In this document: piece after piece, positions 1 through 12,855 of the stretch
Numbering within the stretch: position 1 is the first letter of the stretch
Layout: the number at the start of each line of letters is the position of its first letter
Notes under the pieces: generated by a model
What the model saw: the letters and a program-made list of their open reading frames with translations, nothing else
Databases searched by the model: none
Told to the model about the DNA's origin: nothing
NCBI GenBank assembly: GCA_028023455.1
Contig: JAQFVV010000001.1
Location: forward strand, 124,001 to 188,000
From: Epiperipatus broadwayi
Lineage: Eukaryota; Animalia; Onychophora
Direction of reading: 5' to 3'
Length of the DNA stretch: 64,000 nt
Program-made: the position numbers and the translations under genes

Positions 1-185
1 TATTGATATAACAAAATTCAAGCATACATATATAGATATTAGTAAATAAATAGTCATATATCATATGACTTAATTTGATAAGCTTGTAATTAGAACTAAA
101 AGATCCAGATAATAGCTTTAAAAAGCTTTATCGATAAATGCCACATGAGAAAGCATTTAAAATCTCTATCTAGAAATTATCCCCA

Positions 186-227
186 GCTCCAGGCCAGTTT
201 CTAGCTATTGGCTTTCCTCAGTGAGAC
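186..227 (-). ncRNA. Diverged family A-type hammerhead relic (U16.1 changed to C)
   Basis: GUCUCA-CUGAGGA-AAGC-CAAUA-GCUA-GAAA-CUGG-CC-UGGAGC; stem II shows a G-C to A-U change relative to family A. Confidence 0.55.
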
Positions 228-439
228 ATTAGGATATTTCAGTCATGTTTTATGAAATATCTAATGCTTAAAATAAAATACTCTCAAGTTAAAGCTTTAA
301 AAAATATATAATAATAATAATTAGCCTAATAAAAATGATTAATAATAATTTATGTATATATTTAAATATGATTTTTTTTAACTAGTGCTTGCTAAAAAAA
401 TTGCATGTGTTTTTTAAATTCATGCAGTTTACAATATAG

Positions 440-1140
440 ACTCCAATGTGCTGCTGCTGTGACAGAGTTTTTCATCAAAGCAAGTAGTTGCTGCAACTAA
501 GTTAATTGGTGAATAGAGCTGCTATTTTATCTAATTAATGTACTATATGGAAGTGAGACTTATGCATCCTACTGATGCATTATAAAGATATTAAGAATGT
601 TTTATTGAAGGATGCTCTGTAAAATTTTAAACATACAATAATAAGTTTGAAAAAGCTAATCAAATTGTTCTTCAATTTGCTGGATGTGATACTATAGAAT
701 CCATTATTGTAAAATCACCCCTTTATTGGATTGGACACATGAAACAAATTACCAATGCAATATTTCCTAAAAGTGGTGTTTAATAGTAAACTTGATCGTG
801 ATTTTCATGGGAGAGGTAGACCCCTCTGTGTTATAAAGATTATCTCAAAAATATTTTAAAGAAATGGAATATTGATTGTTTTCATTGAGAAGATGTGGAA
901 GAGGATAAAATATATTGGAGAGCTGTAGAAAGAAAAGTTTTCTGCTTAAGAAATTAAAAGACGTCATCACAAAATATCAAACAAATAGAAAAATGGACCA
1001 GCATGTTTTCTACATAGATGTATGTATGTCTCACGAATTGGTTTGTGTAGTCATTGCAAAATCCATTTCTAGAGTAGTTTCTTTTCTTTACTTAGAGTTG
1101 GAATGGCTGTACTTGTTTCTGAGTGATTACTGCATGTATG
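440..1140 (+). mobile_element. Decayed non-LTR retrotransposon 3' end (RTE/L2-like); a second copy lies at 15960-16660
   Basis: WIGH..., GRPxxxYKD and RIGLCSH-like remnants. Clear nucleotide similarity between 720-1140 and 16250-16660. Confidence 0.6.
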
Positions 1141-1692
1141 TATTTATATCAAATGAATACAGTCCAATAGGGTGTGATGATTGTAGTTTTAGGAGGCTTA
1201 ATATTATTGGAATCACTTGTTTTAGTTATAAATGCATATTAAGAGCTCTCAACTGTTTTTTCAATGTCTACAATTTTGTGTTTAAATGAGAGAGAATCTT
1301 TTTATTTTTCTGGAAATGTACACATATGCACATATATATTTATGTATGCAAAAATTTATAAGTAATACATATATCCTTGCATTTATATTTGCATATATAT
1401 AATTCTGGATTATATAACCAATAAATTTATTGCATAGCAATAATTATTCTGATTATACTGATCCATGTGACCAAATACGTTTATCAAATTTCATGATAAT
1501 GATAAATACATTTAAAATTTATGTGAATTATACATATATATATATAATGAATTTGAAATAATTTATTTTTATTATTTAATCTTGGCAATTTGTAATCAAA
1601 TTTCTTTTTTTTTTTAATTAGAATATTTTAATGAAGGCAAACTTTTTTAACCTATTTAAAATTATTTTGATTTTTTTTATATATATAATTAG

Positions 1693-1805
1693 CGACTCAG
1701 TTTGCCTTAGAAATGGGTTTTAAAGAAGAAGATCTTCACACCAATGCTTCCATTGATATGTGGAAAAAGTGGCTTGCCAACAAGTGCCAGCCAAACTTTA
1801 GGCAG
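1693..1805 (+). CDS. AGA: Aspartylglucosaminidase internal exon (113 bp), [38 protein letters not shown]; upstream exons lie outside the window
   Basis: AG at 1691-1692 and GTGAG donor at 1806. The translation aligns to human AGA ATTFAQSMGFINEDL...NCQPNYWR, including the Cys equivalent to C163. Confidence 0.93.
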
Positions 1806-4800
1806 GTGAGGTCACTGACCTTTCATAGATAAGTTGAGTAGACTCTTTTACTAAATAAAATAAAAAATTGTTTTTCTAATTCTAAATCAATTAATAAGTT
1901 ATAGTTATTGGTAAAAATCATTAGCTTTGTTTAGAAAAATATTTAATATTTTCATTATCATAATAGAAAAACAACAATTTTTAAAACAATATTATAGAGA
2001 ATAATATTTCCTCTGTCAACCACATCAATTTCAAATATATTTTATCACCATAACCATTTTTATAATATGACTTATAGGGTTGAACCAAACACTAAAAGTC
2101 TTCAAATAACTCTGTAAAATATAACCAAGATTATTAGAGTAACAACTTAATGCAGATAGCATGTTTTTTTTTCCACTTCCAGCTGTATAATAGCTACTTT
2201 AGAAAAACATATTGCACCCAAATCACTCCTTTGTCTTAGTCTATAATTTTAGAAGAAATAATTTATTTTTCTATTCCAGAGTCATTTATTATAAGCTTGA
2301 GTATTTTGTAATGCTGTGAGCACATTCTCAGACTAGTTTCTGACTATTAGTCTTCATCATTATGCAACTTTGTGTTTACACATACACACACCACAGCCAT
2401 TTCTAACTTGTTTATGCTTTTTTTAAACTTTATTTCAATCTACATCTGAGTCCACTTACATGTTCAGTTATGTACTTTTAATGCAAATTTTTTTATTGAG
2501 TAAATATATGAATATATGGTTATACTGTAAATATTACATATGAATCATCTGAATAAATCATGTAAAATTGTTTAAAGTATTTATGAGATATATAATTAAA
2601 ATGCAATGGTGAGTTACCAAGGAATAAATATTATTATATTTGAATTTTAAAAAAATTTATTTCCTAAAAAAATAGTGTAAAAAAAACTGGGGATTGTATA
2701 GTTCGAAAAATAAATTATCTGAAAATTACACCTTTATTGTTTTCACAAAGTGGAAAAAAAAAGGAAAGGGAGGGATTATTTTAAAATCAATGTAATGAAG
2801 TTACAATATAAAATCTAACTGTTAATTTCACTGATTAAAAAAAAAAGATTGTAATTGAGAAGTGGGATTAATAAAATGGTACCATATAGACCACAAAAGA
2901 AATAAGATTAAAGTTATGACCTAATATTGGGAAAGTGGTCTCTCTCTATTAATTAATACATTTAATGATGGATTGTGAGAATGCATGATTGTGATTATGA
3001 TGTTTTTAAATCTGTGTAATACATTACTGGAACAGTAAATGGGTGATTGTTTATGATATCAAGAGTTGAGAATCAAAGTGGAACTAAAATATTTTATATC
3101 CCTATACTTGATTTTGTTGACAATAAAGATAACTTTAATGTGTTAGCAAGTGGAGATTACTATATCTGTGATGAATTTGTTTGCATTAAGTGCCAGGGCA
3201 TTAAAATCTTAATTGATCTTTAAGTATGAAATACAGAAACAGAATGCAATAATAAGCATTATGTTTAGCATATTATGTGCATTTTTTTGACTGAAATGGA
3301 AATAGTTTAATGCTCCATATAATATAAAGATAATAATTTTTTTTTAAAATGACAAATCAGTGTATTTGATATTATGGTATATTATTTTAGAGAAAATGAG
3401 AATGTTTATAAATAACACTTTTGCTTAAATGCAAATATACATTTTATGCAAGAAGTTATTTGTTTTTTCAATAGATGTTAGCAATTGTTTCTAAGTGAAA
3501 TTAGATAATATGAAATAAGGAATTTAGAGAAGGTCCATAAAAATGGAGAAAAGTATTTCTCTGAATGAAATTGTCCAATGGAAGGAGTTGTCTGCTCTAA
3601 TTATCAAGGATAATGAAAAGTTTAGACAGAAGTTTTTTTTAAGATGGAAAAAAATTGATAAATCATACCTGTATGAAATATATTTAATGTTGTCCTTGAA
3701 GATTGAGATTTGTATTCCAATAGATAATGCACAATATAAATAAAAATAGAAAAAGATAATTCAGACACGATTCTTCAGCATAGAAATAAGTAGCACAAAA
3801 CAAGATATGTTTTCACCTATAGAAATGGGAACTTCCTTATTCAACATAAAGATTTATGATTAAGTAATAAAAGGAGTAAGGATTGTTATAAAATTGGATA
3901 GGTGTATGGATGGAAACTGAATCAGAATCTGGATGGCAATTCATGCAGTTTTCCTGTATTGCCTAAGGTAATTAATCATAAATTTAAATAAAATAATTGT
4001 CCATAGAATAGAGAAACCTTGTTTTATAAATTGAAATTGTGATTGATATTTGTGATAAGAATATCCATTGCATATTATCCTTAATTAGTGATTCTATGGC
4101 TTTAATAAGGAGGAGGATTGTTTAAATAAGTCTGGCCCAATTATTTTATTTATTTGGAAGATAACTCCCAAATATGTTTCTCTACAAGACAGTAACAATT
4201 TCTACATGATTTTATTTATTAATCTGTTGATATGTTTACATTAATTATTTACTTGCTTTACTATCTAAATATATTGTTTATTACTCTTAAGTTGTTTTAT
4301 GTTAAGATTATCTTCATTTGTGTTGTATAAATGCATCAAGTTTTAGATGTTTTTTCAACCATAAAGAATGTATACAAAAAGTTAATAACTCATTTAAACT
4401 TTTTCTTGAACTATCCAAAATGTTTAAGCTAATTATGAATAATTTCTTTTATATTTGCATTTTATTGGGTGGAATCCAAGTGTAAATATCTACTAATTTT
4501 ATATTGTAATGTGAAAAAAAAAATGCATAAATAGATGTAAACAAATTTAATTATATATTATAATTAGATATATTTATAATCAGTAAGGAAATTATTAATT
4601 TAGAAGACAAATTGTAGTCATCAAATTACTTAATTTGTGTGACAGATCTGAATTTAACACATAATAGCATGTAATTGATATCTTGGTTATTACATTGATA
4701 ATAAAAGTTAATATATTAAGATTTAAAACTGTAACAATTTATTTTTTTGAATGAAACTTAATCTTTTTAAATAGTTATTATTATGTTTTAGATATATATG

Positions 4801-6712
4801 GAGTAAAAAAAAAAACTCTTTTACATCTTATATTTCCCGTTTCTTTTACTATTGTGTATTTGATGTTCAGGATGTAAATAATTTTGTCTTTTCACTTTTT
4901 TTTAATCATTCAGCTTGATTTATTTAAATAACTTATATTTCACTTTGAATCTTGGTAAAAATTTCCTTATTTTCTATTTTTCAATAGTTTTGAATTGTCA
5001 TAAAATGATTTTGTTTATTATGAATGTTTTTTATTTTAATCATAAAAATTTAAAGTTCATTAATCTTACCTTTTTTTCTTTTGCTAAATACTTGTAAAAG
5101 GATGGCAATTTTAATATTTTATTTTTTTTATTTTTATATTTATGAGATAATAATGGCCATAATAAGCAAGACTACTCAAAAGCTTTTTCATTTTGTTTGA
5201 ATATCTTAATTTTATTGTTAGTTAATATCTGAAGTAAAAGAAAAAAATATCTATATATTCATTTATTATTTATATTAACTTTGTTTTGTCTTTGTTTATT
5301 TAAAATCTCTTACACTTATTTCAATAATTTCTAATATATATATATCACTTTCTCCTCTCTTTCTGTATATATGTGTGTGTGTGTCTGTCTTGATCAGCTA
5401 AAGGATATAACATCTGGTGAAGAAAACTTTCTTTGCATATAAATAAAATGTATCTGCTGTAAGTGCCACTTACTAAATAGGAATATTACTCTCTATAAAG
5501 ATTATGTTTTCCTCCCATTATTGTTTTATTTCTAGCAATTTAATACAAAACATAGACATTTATGACATGAATCATTCAGATATAATTCGCTTTAACTAAT
5601 AACGTGCTTACCATGAAAATAAGATAAGAATATCAATACAAAAGCAAAAGGAGTGTAATAGGCATTTTACCTAATAATAACCAGTTTATTAATAATAATA
5701 AAAATATCAATATTATCATATCATATGATTAAATATTGGGTTTAAATTTATTTTAATGCATTTAATTTGTTCTAAAAGTTTTTCCATGAATTCATCCAAT
5801 TTCTCAACAAAATTGTGGAAGAAATAAAATATAATAAAAATAAAATTACAAATCTATACTTAAAGTATGATAATAATAAAAACAGCATTAATTGTAATAA
5901 TATTCATGAATTTAGGCCTTTCAGAAATTGAGTAAAGTATATTTTTTTTATTTGACAATTAACTTAAAATTTGTGCACATACAATGTACATGTTCTTTAA
6001 TAGTTATATATTTAAATTCACTATCTTAAAGATTTAATTTCTTCCTTGGGTAATGGTGTCCAAAGTAGTTTAGAATATTATTTGAATTGTCAGCAAAGTT
6101 ATCCATAAAACTGATATAGTTTCTTTCTTAGATTGTAATTTTAGTGTATGTTTAATTCTCCATTTGCTTTTAGATTTACAAATTTCATAGATAGGGCTTG
6201 TTGTATTTCATTTAATTTACTTCCAGCATGACATCTTTTCATCTCCAAGGAACTATATAACATGAGGCAGCTAGAAAGATCTCTAACCAATCATCCTAAA
6301 AAACATTGTAGTTTCATTATAGGATTCCATAGCTTTGGTTGGGGAATATATTAAAAAGTTATTTTCCAGTGATAACTTATTGCCTCTTTGCTCTTCAATC
6401 AGTAATTTTATAATTATTATTGTAAGTTTTTCCTTTACTTTTTCTTTCAGCTGATGTTCAGATATGTGATTTGGCTTGTCTCAACTCTCAGTACCAGCTC
6501 ATTTAACAACTGTTCTCTAATCAACTGAAAAGTTGCCCAAAAAAATATTTTCAAAATTCACATGCTACCCACCTATGTTATCAATAAATATTTTTATTCT
6601 GTTCTCATTTGCTTAAAAACCATATGTTGATTTGTTTTCCAACAGATTTATTTATTAGTTTGATTGTTTTGGTCTTTTGAGATTTTCAACATGCAAATGA
6701 ACTCCTTGGTCT

Positions 6713-7289
6713 TTAAATAGTCAAAATAAGAGTCATAGATCACATGACCCTATCTCTTAAGCTTGTAAGTTATAAACAATGAGGATTGCCAATTCCTCTA
6801 CAAGCTTTATGATAAATGCTTAGCCAGAGCCAGCACTTAAAATATCTCTGTCAGGAACCCCCCCCAACCCCTGACCATGGTTTCGTGCTTTGGCACTCCT
6901 CAGAGAGGTGTCAGGGTAGGTTCAGACACTAGATCTAAAAATACCAACCCAAAGCCAAGCACTTATCTAAAAGTTATCTATTGAGTGGAAAATCTGAAAT
7001 TTTCAGACATCTACATGTCTTCAAACCCAGCTATCCAACTCAAGTAGCTATATGGGTCTGATAGATCTTCAGCCATACCATATAGTAGTAGTGTTAGCAA
7101 TATAAAATTGCATAAGACTTATGGCAGAGACTATAAATAGTCAAAATAAGAGTCATAGATCACATGACCCTATCTCTTAAGCTTGTAAGTTATAAACAAT
7201 GAGGATTGCCAATTCCTCTACAAGCTTTATGATAAATTCTTAGCCAGAGCCAGCACTTAAAATATCTCTGTCAGGAAACCCCCCCCCCC
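6713..7289 (-). mobile_element. Family B retrozyme-like element B1: one 420-bp monomer plus a ~157-bp terminal direct repeat
   Basis: AAATAGTCAAAATAAGAGTC recurs 420 bp apart (6715 and 7135). 13-bp TSD AACTCCTTGGTCT at 6700-6712 and 7290-7302. Contains one hammerhead. Confidence 0.88.
6867..6909 (-). ncRNA. Type I hammerhead ribozyme with intact core; predicted cleavage between 6873 and 6872
   Basis: Minus strand: ACCUCU-CUGAGGA-GUGC-CAAA-GCAC-GAAA-CCAUGG-UC/AGGGGU. Stem II is perfect, stem III is palindromic (ACCAUGGU), stem I is 6 bp. Confidence 0.9.
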
Positions 7290-7909
7290 AACTCCTTGGT
7301 CTATTTGTTTAAAAATGTATAATTACATAACCCAAACTTTGTTTAAACATAATAAATCTTTTCTTACTCCCAAACAATGCAAAACCCTCTTTTATACTCA
7401 TATTGTTACATTTTTGATCCAGTTGCATCTTTGAGCATACATTAAAAAAAAAAAAAAAGTATATAGATATTTTGAGTTTATAGTGATTGTTAATGTTTTT
7501 AAGATGGAATATTATTCAACTACGAATAGTTTTAATAGAATTAATATATAGATTATTAAAATAACTCTTGTTATCCATTAAATATATATATGGTGCACAT
7601 ATTATACATTGTTTGCATTCCTCTAAATTTTTTTATTTTATATTTTTCCTTTTAAAACTATGATACAACAGTATTAATATTTTAGTTCTATTTATTTTTT
7701 AAAATCTTGCTGATTTGTCTAACCTTTAGCTATTTGTCATAGTTTTGATACTTGAATTTCATTCTCAACAGTCACAATATTTGACTACTGTCATTCCAAT
7801 GAATGGAAATCCACTGATCAAATGTGTATATAGTTATAATTTGTATAGGTGTTTGTGTGTATATATATATGAGGGTGTATGTGTAATATATATATGTAAT
7901 CATTTTTAG

Positions 7910-8100
7910 AATGTTGTTCCTGACCCTTTACGTTCCTGTGGCCCATACAAACCTGCTAATCAAATATCATCAGAGATGTCCAGAATGAAAATTGGTATCT
8001 CATCAGATAATCATGATACTATTGGCATGATAGCAATTGATGAAACTGGAATAGTTGCTGCTGGAACATCCACTAATGGTGCCCGAAGTAAAATTCCTGG
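7910..8100 (+). CDS. AGA: AGA exon (191 bp) with the autoproteolysis site and catalytic Thr: NVVPDPLRSCGPYKP...HD/TIGMIAIDETGIVAAGTSTNGARSKIPG
   Basis: TTTTTAG acceptor ending 7909 and GT at 8101. Carries the HDTIG Ntn-hydrolase motif (Thr codon ACT 8018-8020, equivalent to human T206) and GTSTNG. Confidence 0.96.
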
Positions 8101-8813
8101 GTATTTTTTTTTTTAATAAGAATAATCTACTTTTAAAAACACTTAGAGAAATATAATTTTAAAATTGGAAAATAATATATTGTTATTTTTTGTTATAATT
8201 TGAATTTCTTTACATTATTTATGAAAGAGTCTTGGAATAAATTGATTAACATATCTGCTAGCTATGTACATGTCCTGGTACATATATCTAAGTAGATAAA
8301 ACTGGAATTTTTTTAGGCTCCATACTAAACAGAGGTGAAAGCATTCATTTAAAGTTATAATATCACTGAGAAAGTGAGATTCTGGAATAAATTGTACTAA
8401 AAGAATACCAAACTATCATTAGTGATAATTGAATTTTATCATTTGATCATAGTATCCTATTGCCTAAATATTTGATTTGCCTTTAAATAGAGGATTTAAC
8501 ATATATAATATGCATAACCTATAGCTAATCCAACTAGTCATTTCACTACTGGTTAGAAAATGAGTATCTAATTATTCTTACCTAAAGTGAAAAACAAGAA
8601 TAGAAAGCTACTAAAATCCACACCACCTGGAAATTGACAAGTTAGGTAATTAATGGTTTTCATTCTTTTCTGGGAAGTTTTTGGATAGGTCTTCGATTGC
8701 AATAGGTTATTTAAAAGCTGTTTTATCTTTTACATTAACTTACACATGCATATATATATATATTAAAAATGAAGTCTTGATTTGATAAATCTGAAATTTA
8801 TTTTTATCCACAG

Positions 8814-8921
8814 TCGAGTTGGAGATTCACCTATCCCTGGTGCAGGAGCCTATGCAGATTCTGAAGTAGGAGCAGCTGCTGCAACAGGAGATGGAGATAT
8901 TATGATGCGTTTTTTGCCAAG
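8814..8921 (+). CDS. AGA: AGA exon (108 bp), [36 protein letters not shown]
   Basis: CAG acceptor 8811-8813 and GTAAT donor at 8922. Contains the hallmark GRVGDSP and ATGxGD motifs; phases match the neighbouring exons. Confidence 0.97.
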
Positions 8922-9349
8922 GTAATATTATTTACTTTCTATGATTGTAGATATTTTTCATAATTATAATAAAGTAACATATTTATTTAGACATTAAGTG
9001 AGTTTTTATTTGTATATTGTTCTCTTACAATAGTATTTTTAATCAGATGATAATTGAAAATAAGATTCATTTATAAATTTTTATCCAAGTTCTAAGTAGT
9101 AAAAAATAATAAGGACAAATTAAATAAGAATGTTTTCTGGAGTGATGCAAGGAAGATACTAAAATAAACTCAGAAATTATTTTTTATTCCACAGTGAATT
9201 GATAATGATTAAAAATTAAATGAAATTTCTTATTTTTTGGGATTTCTTCTAACATTAGTTTAATTCGAGATCTATTAATTCTCTCACTTATTAATGCATT
9301 CTCTTACACATGTATTTACTTTCATTCATTTGTTAATCGTAACATACAT

Positions 9350-11480
9350 CATTTCGTACTTTGCTATAGATTCTAAAGTCCCTATACTGTTCTCTTATTG
9401 TCAAAGATGTATAAACAAGCTCTCTAATTATGCTTGCTAAAAATATTCTTTTGCAGGCATATTTTCTTCTAATATTAAATAGTTTATACCAAAAGTACAT
9501 CATTTGAATTTAATTACATGATTAATTTCATCGATAATATATCCAATTACCTTAACAATTTATCAAAATATTTGTAATATGTTAACTTTAATTCATTACT
9601 TTTAATATTTATTTTCATCTTCCACTGACATTACTTTAGTTTTTTAATTAATTGATAGCTTTTGTAATATTTCCTATAGCTCTAAAATATAGTTTTTAAA
9701 AATCATCCTGCTATTTGTAAAAATTATATCACTTAGATAATTTTCAATTATTTTTATTTCTTTTACTTCCATTTTAATTTGCAGAATTCTTCCTATAAAC
9801 TTATTGTAAAAAGTTATTGAATTATGGAATCACACTATTGTATAACTTCATTAATGCTACTATATAGTCTAATCATTTATTTATCGCTGTTGCATTTTCA
9901 TAATTATTTTTCAAAATTTAACAATATCATGGATCTATGTCATAATATTACAATGCTTTTAATGTAATTTCCAAATACAAAGTGATAATTTGGAATCATC
10001 AAACTTTTCTGTAACATTTTTTAGTACTTTTGAATGTAGTCTGCATTCAATACTTTTAAATATGTAACCATTTTTAAATATATTTTGTTCTTTTGATCAG
10101 ATTGAATCTGAAATTATTTGAAAATGTTTATAATAATCTTAATAAATACTTTTTAATCAAATGTTGGGAAAATGATAGATATGTAATTCTTAATATTTTT
10201 TTACTATCTTTCTTAAATATCTAAACGAGCGTTGCATCTAGGGTATCTTTACCACAATTTTGTCAATAAGTCTTCTATTTCTTTATCTGCTTTTTTAAAA
10301 ATATCTCCAGTGTTTAAACGATTTTCTGGAGTTTTTTCAACCATCATAGATGTTAATGCGTGCCTTACTTTCAATTTAGAATGTTCATTTTAATTGATGT
10401 TGCAATCATAATTTTATTATTATATACAAATAGTTTTTTTGTATTCTTCCAAATAAATGTCATTCTTTTTTCTTACTGTTTAAAAGCTTTCCTATCAATG
10501 CTAAAATGACATTTTATATAATTTAACTTTCATTTCTTCTTAATGGCTTTCCACTTCATGATTACATTTTCTTATATCATCATTAACTATTTGTCATGCC
10601 AATTTACAGACTTTTCATATTGTTCAGTGGATTTCTTTATCTCAATATAAAGTAGGTTATCTTATTATTTTGTTGTTGGTGTTGTTTATTTTATCTGTTA
10701 AGCTATCTTTAATAAAATATCTGTTACCTTCTTATTGACCCATTTACATCTAAATTGTGTTTAAACTTTTAGTAATTTAAAATGATAATAAATTTTAATT
10801 TAAATTTATTGCAGTATGTTTTAAGCTTTATTGATGATATAGCTATACTTGAAGACAATAAGAATGAACTGAGAATGTTGTATTGAATTGAAAAAAGTTT
10901 CAGATTGTTTGGGATCGAAATAAATGTTTTAATAAATAGATCTAAAGCAATGAAACTGGGCAAACATAAGAAAAGTTTTATAGTAAATATTGATCAGGAA
11001 ATTATAGAGGTTAGTATTTGTAAATATTTGGGGAAGTAAATAACCGATCATCAAAGCATTGACAAAATTGTCTTTAATTAGGTTTAATGTTTCAAATTAA
11101 ATCCAAGAAAGAAGTTTGTTAAATATTTTGTTTTAAGAATAGATTTATCTGGAGAAGAAATATTAAGCAATTAAAAAAAAAAACAGGGAAAATAAATTAC
11201 GGGCTTTAGCAATGTAGATATAGAAAAGATGAGTTGAAAAGAAAAAATTATCAAAATGAAAATGTTGACAATAGTTAATGAAAAGAAAAAAAAAGAAATT
11301 TTGGTTTAGATTCATACTCAAAAAAAGTGAATTTATGACAAATATGTTTGAAGGAATATAGCAGGTATGAAGGAGAAAAAAACAATATAATTAATAATCT
11401 TAAGGAAAGAAATAGTTATGAGTTTTTGAGGTAAAGCAAGAAACAGAAAAGATTAGAGAATGTGCTCTGGTTTGGTATAT
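9350..11480. mobile_element. Highly decayed RTE-like LINE fragments (minus ~9350-10700, plus ~10780-11480)
   Basis: KTKVM, INRSKAMK and CKYLG remnants amid many stops; boundaries are approximate. Confidence 0.4.
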
Positions 11481-11990
11481 GGAATTGCCTTTTTGCAGAT
11501 AACTGTTGATGATTTCTCTCTACATGAAACATTATTTTTATTAGTAGTTTTTATTACTTTTCTTTTGTAATGACATATATCTTTTATCACTGTAGAATCT
11601 AGTAATCACATTAATTGAAATATGTATTTTTTGTTAATCAGAAATAATTCTATAATTAATATATGCTGCATATGGTGACTTAGTCATTAGTTAAATCCAA
11701 AGTTGCTTTATTAAATTAAAGAAAAAAATCTTGTAAAAGAACATTATTAAAATTGATAATGTAGAAATAATAATATAGTAGCAGACTTAAACATGCTTGA
11801 ATTCTAAAACACTATTGAGAATAAAAGATTTAGCATCTCATTAATCATTAAAAAAAAAATCAATATTTAATGATATTACCAAGAATTAAAATATAAAAGA
11901 TTTATCTAATCTTTTTGAAAATGATGAACAAAAATTAAGCAAATCATAACCCCCTTTGCCTCTGTAACTATATCAATTTTTTACAAAATA

Positions 11991-12684
11991 TCTGGAATAA
12001 ATTCTATGGTATACAAAACACCAATATTTCTATAGCCAGCTTACGGCACAACTGCCATCCTTAGTAGGATTGTACAATTAAAATTTTTTTAAAAAGTCTC
12101 ATTTAAGTCACACAATATTAACATTTTTACATGAATGGCCAACTTATCATAATTTATGTATATTATCATAATTATATTATAAAATATGTCTCTCCGATTT
12201 TTCTTTTCCTTAAATTGTTTTCCACATGCAAAATAAAAACATTATTAATCAAAAACTTTCATTACAAATGACTAAATGTTCTGCTAATACAGATTTAAAT
12301 CTATCCACAGAATATTATTTATTATACCGAAATGGTCATATTCATGAATTCTGTATTTGCAGAACATTCAGTTATTTGTAATGGAACTGTTTGCTTTGAT
12401 AAAATTTTTATTTTGCTTATGGAAAATGATTTGAAGAAAAGGAAAATCAAAGGTATATTTTATAAATATGATGGATAATTTAAATAAATAAATAATGTAA
12501 ATTGTGTTAATATACATAAATTATAGAAAGTATAGGGCATTCATGTAGGAATGTTAGTGTTGTGTGACTTTAATGAGATTTTTTTTAAAAAAATTTTTTA
12601 TTATAAAATGCTATTCAGGATGGCATTCATGTTGTAAACCGACTATTTATTTTTATATGTTGGTATTTTATATAATATTCCATA
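11991..12684. mobile_element. Family E fold-back MITE-like element with TCTGGAATA termini; relatives at 47261-47690 and 49040-49318
   Basis: Internal inverted arms (e.g. 12055-12112 versus 12562-12625) and long homology to 47261-47690, including TACAGATTTAAATCTAT and CATATTCATGAATTCTGT. Confidence 0.6.
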
Positions 12685-12721
12685 TGACTTTTTTTTTCAA
12701 AATTTGTCATATGTATTTTAG

Positions 12722-12855
12722 TTTTCAAACTGTGGAAAATATTAGAAATGGAATGGATACAACTATTGCTGCTGAAAAAGCCTTAGCTAAAATAGTAAAG
12801 TATTATCCTTCATTTTCTGGAGCCATTGTTGCTACTAACACTCTAGGAGATATCG
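12722..12855 (+). CDS. AGA: AGA exon (134 bp), FQTVENIRNGMDTTIAAEKALAKIVKYYPSFSGAIVATNTLGDIG
   Basis: AG at 12720-12721 and GTAAG donor at 12856. Forms the C-terminal part of track ORF 12564-12920 and aligns to human YQAVEYMRRG...FFGAVICAN. Confidence 0.94.
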
